From sequence record SRR20825010_6612: a stretch of 64,000 bases of DNA; one strand, 5' to 3'. Below the pieces are notes generated by a model. It had not been told where the DNA came from, searched no databases, and worked only from the letters and a program-made list of their open reading frames with translations. The translations under genes and the position numbers were made by a program. Position 1 is the first letter of the stretch; each line of letters begins with the position of its first letter. Shown one piece after another: positions 1-8,285 of this stretch.

Positions 1-1
1 A

Positions 2-292
2 GAATGGAAAAAAGCTATTGCGGAAGATTCAAATGCCGTAATTATGGATGTTAGAACGCCAGGAGAATGTGCTGAAGGAATCCAACCGAATGCCATTCAA
101 CTTGACTTTCTGAACGGAGGAGCGTTTATGACAGGAATTGAGAAATTAGACCCTTCAAAAAATTATTATATCTACTGCAGAAGTGGAGGACGAAGCAGCG
201 CAGCGTGCGGAGCAATGGAAGGAAAAGGATTCACATCAACGTTCAATTTACTTGGCGGAATGATGTCTTGGGACGGTGAAGTAGTTTCTTAA
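2..292 (+). CDS. Rhodanese-like domain protein (5' partial, frame open to the window edge)
   Basis: MDVRTPGE and YCRSGGRS active-site loop, NLLGGMMSW C-terminal motif. The frame is open upstream of the ATG at 44 (EWKKAIAEDSNAVI). Confidence 0.9.
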   Translation, partial: EWKKAIAEDSNAVIMDVRTPGECAEGIQPNAIQLDFLNGGAFMTGIEKLDPSKNYYIYCRSGGRSSAACGAMEGKGFTSTFNLLGGMMSWDGEVVS

Positions 293-314
293 TTCTTTCT
301 CGTTAATAAACCTT

Positions 315-360
315 AAATCGGTGAGAGTCCTGTAAATTGTACGGCGGCTTTCACCGATTT
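315..360 (+). terminator. Hairpin after the rhodanese gene, probable intrinsic terminator
   Basis: aaatcggtgagagtc...ggctttcaccgattt inverted repeat followed by a T-rich tract. Confidence 0.6.
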
Positions 361-398
361 CTTTATTTTTAGGGATTCAAGTCATTAAAATCAACGAA

Positions 399-1310
399 AT
401 GAAATTTGGAAAAGTTGCCAATCCCGAAAATGTAGATTTCACTTTACCGAATGATCATCCGTCTACAAAAGCCGTTTTTAACGCCTACGGAATCACAGAT
501 AAGAAGCCTGTAATTTTTGTTGGCTGCGCGAAATGGAACAAGCAAGATCTGAAAAACTTCTACCCGAAAGGAACGAAGGATGAATTGGCCTACTATTCCA
601 GTCAGTTCAATTGTATAGAGATGAATTCCATGTTCTATCGCATCTTTCCACCTGAACAAATCGCAAAATGGCGAGATAAAACACCCGAAGGATTTAAGTT
701 CTTTCCAAAGATTTCCCAAGACATTTCTCATTTCAAACAGTTGAATAATGTAACCGAATCGGTGGATAATTACCTGAATTCGGTGGTTCACTTTGAAGAA
801 AAACTAGGGACGATCTTCCTACAAATGCACGAACGATTTGGTCCAGCACATTTTGATAAACTCAAACAATTTGTATCGGATTGGCCGACAGATCTGAAAC
901 TTTCAATTGAACTTCGACACCCAGATTGGTTTGCAGATCCCACCATTTCCGAAGAACTCTATCAGTTTTTGGAGCAACGCGGAATTTCAAATACCTTAGT
1001 AGATACTGCGGGAAGAAGAGATATGCTGCACATGCGAATGACTACACCAGAACCATTTGTTCGTTACGTAGGAGCAAATCACGCCAGCGACTACAAACGA
1101 CTCGACGATTGGGTAAATCGCATCGAACACTGGATTGAACAAGGCATGAAAGAACTTCATTTCTTTATTCATCAAAATTTGGAATTAGAATCTCCCCTGC
1201 TCTCTGCATATTTCATCAAACAACTCAACGAGCGTTTTGATTTTCAACTTACTGTGCCTAAATCAACTTTGGAAGATCTCAATAATTTTGATCAAACTTC
1301 GTTGTTTTAG
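399..1310 (+). CDS. DUF72 (YecE-like) domain protein
   Basis: VGCAKW, FYPKG..ELAYYSSQFNCIEMNSMFY, PEGFKFFPK, IELRHPDWF motifs typical of DUF72. Confidence 0.9.
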   Translation: MKFGKVANPENVDFTLPNDHPSTKAVFNAYGITDKKPVIFVGCAKWNKQDLKNFYPKGTKDELAYYSSQFNCIEMNSMFYRIFPPEQIAKWRDKTPEGFKFFPKISQDISHFKQLNNVTESVDNYLNSVVHFEEKLGTIFLQMHERFGPAHFDKLKQFVSDWPTDLKLSIELRHPDWFADPTISEELYQFLEQRGISNTLVDTAGRRDMLHMRMTTPEPFVRYVGANHASDYKRLDDWVNRIEHWIEQGMKELHFFIHQNLELESPLLSAYFIKQLNERFDFQLTVPKSTLEDLNNFDQTSLF

Positions 1311-1370
1311 TAATGCAACCAATTTCGTCGTTCTTCCAATAATTTCTATTTTACACCTTAAAAAAATCAC

Positions 1371-2555
1371 ATGAAACTCTTCATCTTATTCACGACTCAA
1401 CTTATCATTCTACTTCTTTTTGCTTTCTCTGCTAACGCTCAAGAAGTAACAACAGAAGAGCATGTTGAGGAAGACGGCACAAAACGCACCATTACATCAG
1501 TATCTTCCTCAATGTACGATGGCACGAAATCCAAAGAAGCCGATGAATTCTTCCAAATGGGAAACAGTTACAACACCAAAGGAGACTCAAAAAATGCCAT
1601 TAAATACTATTTAAAAGCAATTGACGAAGACGACCAGTTTGTTGAAGCGTACGATAATTTAGGCAGAGTTTATCGAGTTACGAATGATTTTCCAAATGCC
1701 ATAAAATGTTATAAAAAGTCGATTGAACTCTATCCAGATGGACCAATGGCACATCAAAACCTTGCTGTAGTTTACGGAATCCAAAAAAAGTACGATGAGG
1801 CGATTAAAGAATACATGGAACTCATTCGCATCAACGCGCAGGATGCGGAAGGTTATTTTGGATTGGCCAATGTTTATATGGCTCAAGAAAATTACGACGA
1901 TGCTTTAGAGTCTGCAGAAAATGCACTCAAAATTTATGAGCAAGAGCAATCGGTTCACCTACCAGATGGTTACTACCTTGTTGGACTGATACACTTCTAC
2001 AATGAAAATGATACGGAAGCTAAAAAGTATATTTCTCTAGCAAAGGAAAATGGAGCTCGAATAAATCCTGAAATAGAACGCACATTGTTCGGAAAAGTGG
2101 AAAACAACGCGAGTAACAATTCTGAAAAAACCTACGAACTAAAGAATAAGGAGGATTACGCGCTCTACGAGGGCGATATCGTTCAAATGACAAAATGGTT
2201 GGTTAATACTCCGCTTAACGAAGAAAGTGAACTTAGAACAGAAATTAACTCGTTTATTGTTGAATGGGTTTCAGGTTCTCCAAAAGTATCGGTTGTTTTA
2301 AGCGAAAAAACTTCTCCTTACCTCAAATGCGGTGATTGCTTGGCAATATTTATGGGAAGTTGGTCGAAGTATTGTATCGAGTCGAATGATTACGAGAATG
2401 CATTGGAAGCAAGTTTCGCAGCGACTCAAGATGTCATAACATTCTACACTAAAAACAAAAAGGAGCTTGGGAAGAATAAAGAGATCGAAAAACTCATTGT
2501 TCTACAAGATAAAAAGGAGTTAAAGGCTTATTTAAAAAGCAGTTTGCCTGACTAA
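1371..2555 (+). CDS. Secreted tetratricopeptide-repeat protein with uncharacterised C-terminal domain
   Basis: Signal peptide ending ANA-Q; about 5 TPR units (AYDNLGRVY, AHQNLAVVY, GYFGLANVY). Confidence 0.85.
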   Translation: MKLFILFTTQLIILLLFAFSANAQEVTTEEHVEEDGTKRTITSVSSSMYDGTKSKEADEFFQMGNSYNTKGDSKNAIKYYLKAIDEDDQFVEAYDNLGRVYRVTNDFPNAIKCYKKSIELYPDGPMAHQNLAVVYGIQKKYDEAIKEYMELIRINAQDAEGYFGLANVYMAQENYDDALESAENALKIYEQEQSVHLPDGYYLVGLIHFYNENDTEAKKYISLAKENGARINPEIERTLFGKVENNASNNSEKTYELKNKEDYALYEGDIVQMTKWLVNTPLNEESELRTEINSFIVEWVSGSPKVSVVLSEKTSPYLKCGDCLAIFMGSWSKYCIESNDYENALEASFAATQDVITFYTKNKKELGKNKEIEKLIVLQDKKELKAYLKSSLPD

Positions 2556-2633
2556 TTTCGCTCATTGAGAGTCACTAATAATCTTCTCTAATTCAACTTT
2601 GCGCAAATCATCATTTTCACGTAAGTTTGTTAT

Positions 2634-3467
2634 ATGACGAAATGGTGCAGTTTTCTCCTGTTTATTGTAGGACTTTTTCTTGTTGGATGCGATGAAGAAG
2701 CATCTAGTCGACAAACAATAGAATCGCTCTTAAACTTGGAAGTGGATAGCGATATCTACAGTGATGAAATTTCAAACGATACGTTGCCAGCCATTTCCTG
2801 GAAGTTTTTTGAAGCAAGAATTGGTTCCCACCGTCAGCACTTAGTAATGGAATTGGGAATTTCTGATGCAAATAGAGTTTCTGGAAGATTCTTTTATTCG
2901 AGACAACAAGAATTTCATGAACTAAATGGAATTGTAGACACACTTTCGGATACGCTTCGATTGAGAGAATCTTTTAAAGGAAAAATCACTGGCTACTTCA
3001 CGCTATTTAACCAAGATGGAATTCTCCAAGGATATTGGACAGATCAAGATGGAAATGAACTCGAAAAAATTGCCGGTAAAGAAGTGAAACTAACATTTGA
3101 AAAGCGCAATCGCTTATCTGTTTTATTCAAAAAGTTCGAGCTTACGAAAACGATAGATGTTCATGAAAACCTCAGTAAGCAATCCAAAGAGGAAGACGTT
3201 GTAGATGAATTAATGATCAATATTATTGACGAAAAACATTTTTCGTTCTATTACTATGTTGTTGGAAAAAGTCGACATGAAGGATCAATTGAAGGCGTCG
3301 CTACTTTTGTTGAAAAAGACTACGCCATCTATCAGGTGCCCGATAATCATTGTTTGATTTCGTTTCGTTTTAATAAAGAATCTGTTTCCATTGAAGAAGA
3401 AGACAATTGCTCTTCATTCAGAGGTGATGAAGCGACGTTCACCAACACACTGAAGAAAGTTCGTTGA
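2634..3467 (+). CDS. Hypothetical lipoprotein
   Basis: Hydrophobic N-terminus with lipobox LVGC followed by acidic DEE; 277-aa ORF. Confidence 0.75.
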   Translation: MTKWCSFLLFIVGLFLVGCDEEASSRQTIESLLNLEVDSDIYSDEISNDTLPAISWKFFEARIGSHRQHLVMELGISDANRVSGRFFYSRQQEFHELNGIVDTLSDTLRLRESFKGKITGYFTLFNQDGILQGYWTDQDGNELEKIAGKEVKLTFEKRNRLSVLFKKFELTKTIDVHENLSKQSKEEDVVDELMINIIDEKHFSFYYYVVGKSRHEGSIEGVATFVEKDYAIYQVPDNHCLISFRFNKESVSIEEEDNCSSFRGDEATFTNTLKKVR

Positions 3468-4117
3468 TGAAAATGATTTATTGTCTGAGTGGCTTGGGAG
3501 TTGATCAATCTGCATTCGAATTATTTACTCCCAACTCTGCAACGTTAGTTCATATTCCGTGGATTGTCCCAGAAAAAAATGAATCCCTTAGCGATTATGC
3601 TCATAGACTGTTCGAATCAGCAAATCTTCCGTTAGAATACTCTTTATTGGGCGTTTCTTTTGGTGGAATGATAGCACAAGAATTTGCAAAAATTCGAACT
3701 CCGAAAGCACTTTTCCTAGTTTCCACTATTTCAAATAGCAAAGAACTTTCATTTCCTTTGAGAATTGGAGGAAAAATAGGAATCCATAAACTTCTTCCAT
3801 CTCAACTTTTAAAAAGAGCAAATTTCATCACTTATTTTCTTTTTGGTGCAGAAAAACCAGAACATAAGGCACTTCTCAAACGGATTCTAAAACAAACCAA
3901 TTCTGATTTCCTTAAATGGGCTATGAATGCAATCATCCGATGGGAAAATAAGGTTGAAGAGAATGGAACTACGATTCACGGTGGAAAGGATCGTATTCTT
4001 CCTAGGCGAGCAGAATCAATCGATTTTTGGATTCCAACTGGAGGTCATTTTATGATTGCCACTCACGGCAAAGAGATTTCGAAAATTGTTGAAGATAAAA
4101 TTACTAGTGACTTTTAA
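3467..4117 (+). CDS. Alpha/beta hydrolase
   Basis: GVSFGG nucleophile elbow, IHGGKDRI and GGHFM motifs; start overlaps the upstream stop (TGATG). Confidence 0.85.
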   Translation: MKMIYCLSGLGVDQSAFELFTPNSATLVHIPWIVPEKNESLSDYAHRLFESANLPLEYSLLGVSFGGMIAQEFAKIRTPKALFLVSTISNSKELSFPLRIGGKIGIHKLLPSQLLKRANFITYFLFGAEKPEHKALLKRILKQTNSDFLKWAMNAIIRWENKVEENGTTIHGGKDRILPRRAESIDFWIPTGGHFMIATHGKEISKIVEDKITSDF

Positions 4118-4142
4118 TGAACACGGATGACTTGGATCTGAA

Positions 4143-4292
4143 TCACCCTCCTAGCCTCCCTCAAGGGAGGAACAAATTATACCCTTTGAATCAATAAGTC
4201 CCGCAGTAGTAACTTTTCCGCCTGATAACCGATAGAGTGCTTTAATTTCCTCCCTTGAGAAGAAAAGCGCAGCTTTTGAAGGAGTAGGGTGA
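4143..4292. repeat. Inverted pair of REP-like GC-rich palindromic elements
   Basis: tcaccctcctagcctccctcaagggaggaa (4143-4172, hairpin cctccct-ca-agggagg) and a degenerate inverted copy ttcctcccttgag...agggtga (4247-4292). Confidence 0.6.
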
Positions 4293-4345
4293 CAACAAAC
4301 ATTAACACATCCTTTTATGCCTAAGTAAGCTTTCATTCTACCAAT

Positions 4346-4374
4346 AAAAAAATCCCGCTCTTTCGAACGGGATT
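4346..4374 (-). terminator. Intrinsic terminator of the hemE-OmpA unit
   Basis: aatcccg/cgggatt stem with an A-run on the left (U-tract on the minus strand). Confidence 0.7.
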
Positions 4375-4394
4375 CACATTCAACTATCTTAAGT

Positions 4395-5606
4395 TTATTT
4401 CAGTTCGAATTCTACACGACGATTCTTCGCTTGTTTAACTTCATCATCGTCTGATTCGCTAATTTCTTTTGTGTTTTTTTCTGTTGCTCCTTTTCGCGTT
4501 GGAATCAACCTTGACTCAGAAACACCTTTTTTGGTAAGGTATTCCATAACGGCCGCAATTCGTTGATTATCCATATCGAGTAGCAATTCATTCTCTAATG
4601 CGAATTCATCTTCAACCACGTTATTGTGACCCATAATACGCAATTTAGTTGCTGGGTTCGCTTTCATTTCATCAGCGATCAAATCCAACGACTTCTCACC
4701 TGCTACTGACAATGTGCTTTTTCCAAAAGCGAAATACACTTGTTGTTTTTCAACTTTGTCTTTTGGCGACATGTCATCAGTAATTGTAAATACTTTTTGA
4801 TAAATCATCGCCGAGTAAGATTCTCCCGCTTCTTGAATCGCACAATCACACTTCTCTCCTCTTTCTGTATCTACAAGCTTTATAGAAACATCATCGATAT
4901 AGTAGTATGCTGCCATAATTTGATCCACTTTGATGTCCTTTACCTTTGGATCTTTCTTCATGCGCTCATTTCTTGTATCCTCGTTAGAATCAAAGTTTCC
5001 GATAGCGATGTATTTTTCACCACCTTCTGCGTAATATACTCCACACACTTCATTCCAACCGTAACGACCAGAGAACGTTGAATAATCATTTTCAACATGC
5101 TTCATGCTTGCCTTTTCGATGATTGGCAATTTTTCTTGAGAATCTGGAATTCTCTTATCAATTAGAATAGAAACATTATTCGAAGCATACTTCGAAGCTT
5201 CAGCCAATGAAATATTAAACTTAACGCAGTAAGTCATTCCTTTTTTCATTGGAGAAGTTAGCTTAGTCATAATATATGATCTAGGCATTTTGTCTCCATA
5301 CGAATAGGCAACAATTCCAGCATAGTTTTCACCGTTTTTAGCTACTTCACTACCGTAGATATTATCAGGTGAACCTATTTCTTCCAATTTACCGTCAATA
5401 AACAAATCGGCACGAACACCTGTTGGAGAAACCCATTCAGTTGCCATTTCAATTTGTCCAAGTCTTTTTGGTTTTTTGTCTAGGGATTCGAAACTTCCAT
5501 TCGGAACAATATTTTCTCCTGAAAGCTGCGCTACACTTGTCATTGAAATGAAAGCAAAGCTAATTGCTGAAAAATATGTTCCTGCTCTTCTAGTACTGAA
5601 TTTCAT
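4395..5606 (-). CDS. OmpA-family protein (N-terminal carbohydrate-binding-like domain, C-terminal OmpA-like domain)
   Basis: Signal peptide; N-terminal NIVPNGSFE and YYYIDDVSI motifs; C-terminal VYFAFGKSTL and KNRRVEF. Confidence 0.8.
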   Translation of the reverse strand: MKFSTRRAGTYFSAISFAFISMTSVAQLSGENIVPNGSFESLDKKPKRLGQIEMATEWVSPTGVRADLFIDGKLEEIGSPDNIYGSEVAKNGENYAGIVAYSYGDKMPRSYIMTKLTSPMKKGMTYCVKFNISLAEASKYASNNVSILIDKRIPDSQEKLPIIEKASMKHVENDYSTFSGRYGWNEVCGVYYAEGGEKYIAIGNFDSNEDTRNERMKKDPKVKDIKVDQIMAAYYYIDDVSIKLVDTERGEKCDCAIQEAGESYSAMIYQKVFTITDDMSPKDKVEKQQVYFAFGKSTLSVAGEKSLDLIADEMKANPATKLRIMGHNNVVEDEFALENELLLDMDNQRIAAVMEYLTKKGVSESRLIPTRKGATEKNTKEISESDDDEVKQAKNRRVEFELK

Positions 5607-6627
5607 AATTCTTTACAGTTTTAATAAATGTTTTAACTTTCTCAGGGTCAACGTCTGGATAAACACCGTGTCCTAAATTAACAATATGTCTGCGACTTTT
5701 AAAAGAATCTAGCATAATATTTGTGTGATTCTCTACCTCCGCATGGTTGCTGTACAAAACACATGGATCGAGATTACCTTGCAACGTTCTTGTTTCCCCC
5801 ACAGTGTCCCTAATTTCACCTACGTTCATGCTCCAATCAAGTCCGATTGTATTGCACTTCAATTTGGCGAGATCAGCCACTGAGTTATACGCTCCTTTTG
5901 AAAAAAGGGTTACGGGTGCTTCGTTAATCGCATTCGTAATTTTCTCAATGTATTTCAATCCAAATTCAGCATACTGCTCCTTTCCGAGAATGCCTGCCCA
6001 AGAATCAAAAACTTGAACGATTTGTGCTCCTGCTCGGATTTGAGCTTTTAGATACTGAATTGTTACATCCGTGATACGATTAAGCAACTCGTGTGCCAAA
6101 GTTGGATTTGTATATAAAATCTTGCGTGCTTCCGAGAATGTTTTTGAGCCATGTCCTTCTGTCATATAACAGAAAATTGTCCATGGAGCTCCTGCAAAAC
6201 CGATCAATGGAACACGTCCATCTAATTCTTTCGAAGTGATCCGAAGTGCTTCTAATACATATCCCAATCGATCTTCGATGTCAAAGTTCGTTTCTGCAAA
6301 GCGCAATTGCTCTTCTGAGCGAATTGTTTGCTCGAACCAAGGACCTTTTTTCTCGATCATCTGATACTCCAATCCCATTGCTTCTGGAACTACCAAAATA
6401 TCTGAAAAGATAATCGCGGCATCTACTCCTAGAATATCAACGGGTTGAATAGTGACTTCCGCAGCTCTTTCTGGTGTTTCTACCAATTCTTTAAATCCTG
6501 AAAGTGCGCCTCTAACGGCTCTGTATTCTGGCAAAATTCGTCCTGCTTGACGCATTAGCCAAACTGGATAACGCTCTATGGATTCTCCTCGAGCTGCTCT
6601 TAAAAGTAAATCGTTCTGAAGTTTCAT
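5590..6627 (-). CDS. hemE: Uroporphyrinogen decarboxylase
   Basis: PVWLMRQAGR, DAAIIFSDIL, LIGFAGAPWT, QGNLDP and NLGHG signatures. Confidence 0.97.
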   Translation of the reverse strand: MKLQNDLLLRAARGESIERYPVWLMRQAGRILPEYRAVRGALSGFKELVETPERAAEVTIQPVDILGVDAAIIFSDILVVPEAMGLEYQMIEKKGPWFEQTIRSEEQLRFAETNFDIEDRLGYVLEALRITSKELDGRVPLIGFAGAPWTIFCYMTEGHGSKTFSEARKILYTNPTLAHELLNRITDVTIQYLKAQIRAGAQIVQVFDSWAGILGKEQYAEFGLKYIEKITNAINEAPVTLFSKGAYNSVADLAKLKCNTIGLDWSMNVGEIRDTVGETRTLQGNLDPCVLYSNHAEVENHTNIMLDSFKSRRHIVNLGHGVYPDVDPEKVKTFIKTVKNYEIQY

Positions 6628-6632
6628 TGCGG

Positions 6633-6640
6633 CAAAGATA
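6633..6640 (-). promoter_or_regulatory. Bacteroidota sigma-A -7 box (TATCTTTG) 5 nt upstream of the hemE ATG
   Basis: Minus strand reads TATCTTTG-CCGCA-ATG. Confidence 0.65.
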
Positions 6641-6681
6641 ATCTCTTTAACTCAATCTGCATCCATGAAATGCTGTTGTTT

Positions 6682-7353
6682 TCACCATTGCACGGGGAGC
6701 ATTCCATTCGCTTGAAGATATTCGTTGGTTTTGGAGAAGTGTTTACTTCCAAAAAATCCGCGGTGCGCAGATAACGGCGAAGGATGCGGTGCTGTAAGAA
6801 TTAAGTTTTTCGTTCGATCCACATTCTCGGCCTTACTAATTGCTTTGCTTCCCCATAAGAGAAAAACGACATTCTTTTTGTGAGCGTTGATCGTTTCAAT
6901 AACGACGTCCGTAAAACGTTCCCACCCTTGTCCTTTGTGACTGTCAGCTGCTCCTTCACGAACAGTGAGTACTGAATTCAACAAAAGTACACCTTGTTCT
7001 GCCCATCTATTTAGATCTCCATTTGGATGAAACGGAATTCCTAAATCAGACTCTATTTCTTTAAAAATATTATTCAAACTCCTTGGTAATGGTCGAACTG
7101 TTGATTCTACTGAAAAGCATAATCCGTGAGCGTGACCTCGCGTTGGATAAGGATCTTGTCCCAAAATCACCACTTTAAGTTTATCCAGTGGACAGGCTTC
7201 AAATGCCCTAAAAATCTCCTTTCCTTTCGGGAAAATTTGATCTGGAAAGTTTGAGTATTCATCTTTAACAAACTTCACTAACTTTTGAAAGTATTCTTTC
7301 TCAAACTCAGTATTAAGGGCATTTTTCCAACTTTTTTCCAGTTCCACGTTCAT
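6682..7353 (-). CDS. ung: Uracil-DNA glycosylase (family 1)
   Basis: VVILGQDPY, GLCFSV, QGVLLLN and HPSPLSA motifs; start placed at MNVELEKSW. Confidence 0.97.
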   Translation of the reverse strand: MNVELEKSWKNALNTEFEKEYFQKLVKFVKDEYSNFPDQIFPKGKEIFRAFEACPLDKLKVVILGQDPYPTRGHAHGLCFSVESTVRPLPRSLNNIFKEIESDLGIPFHPNGDLNRWAEQGVLLLNSVLTVREGAADSHKGQGWERFTDVVIETINAHKKNVVFLLWGSKAISKAENVDRTKNLILTAPHPSPLSAHRGFFGSKHFSKTNEYLQANGMLPVQW

Positions 7354-7450
7354 AGGAACGAAGGTAATTTTTTCGTGTAACAATCACAAGGTGTCTCATT
7401 CATTGATTCAACTGAACAGTAGAAATCAAAGAAGGTATTATCTTTGAATC

Positions 7451-8215
7451 ATGAAAGCATTTTTACTTTGTTCAATTATTCTAGCTATTGCCGTTTCTTG
7501 CGGTGAACAGCCTGAAGAGATCAAGCCTGAAGAAAAACCAGAAGTTGTGGATGAAGCCACTGAAAAGATGTCTCCTGAGCGTTATGTAGAATACAGTCTC
7601 CGCACACCAAAAAATGAGAAGTCTAACATCACAAAATACTATGCGGAATGTAATAATGACGATAGTATTGATTTAATTATTGCGGTAAATCTTCTCGACC
7701 GAGCAATGAACAATGCGATAAAAAAAGATAAGGTTGCCAAGAATGCTGAAATCGGTTACATGGGACATTACAATTATATCATTTTTAGAGATGGACTCAC
7801 AAAAAAGTATTCGCCTCCGATCATTATCCCTTCGAGTGCGATGAGTCCAGCGAAAGTTAGCTTTGAAAATATTTATTCTGATTTCTACAAGGATGTTTTG
7901 GTTGACTTTAAAGTAACGAACGGTGGTTTCAGAGAATATTACACAATCGTTGATAATGTTCCAACGCTTGTATTACAAATTCCTATTTACACTGAGTTAG
8001 GCACGGATAAAATCAAAGCTTATCACGTTGCTTATGAACCTGGGAGTTACTCTCTCGCTAAAGACATTGTTATTTACAATGGTCAAATCGAGAAAAAGAC
8101 GTTTACCGTTCCTGATGAAGTTTATACATATTATCCTGAAATCAAAGCAACCACTGAACTTGAACGAAGATGGTTTTTCAATCCTGGGAAGTTTAAATAC
8201 TTTACAAATAAGTAA
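7451..8215 (+). CDS. Hypothetical lipoprotein
   Basis: Lipobox AVSC followed by acidic GEQPEE; TATCTTTG box at 7439-7446. Confidence 0.75.
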   Translation: MKAFLLCSIILAIAVSCGEQPEEIKPEEKPEVVDEATEKMSPERYVEYSLRTPKNEKSNITKYYAECNNDDSIDLIIAVNLLDRAMNNAIKKDKVAKNAEIGYMGHYNYIIFRDGLTKKYSPPIIIPSSAMSPAKVSFENIYSDFYKDVLVDFKVTNGGFREYYTIVDNVPTLVLQIPIYTELGTDKIKAYHVAYEPGSYSLAKDIVIYNGQIEKKTFTVPDEVYTYYPEIKATTELERRWFFNPGKFKYFTNK

Positions 8216-8231
8216 TCCAAATTATTCTAAC

Positions 8232-8268
8232 GAAAAAAGACTTCCGAAATCAATCGAAAGTCTTTTTC
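8232..8268. terminator. Bidirectional intrinsic terminator between convergent genes
   Basis: gaaaaaagacttccga-aatcaa-tcgaaagtctttttc stem with A/T tracts on both sides. Confidence 0.75.
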
Positions 8269-8285
8269 ATTTATAAGTGTTTTGT

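Noticed and set aside
4151-4336. 61-aa minus-strand ORF
   Set aside because: It runs through REP-like palindromes, has no recognisable motif and lies downstream of a terminator.
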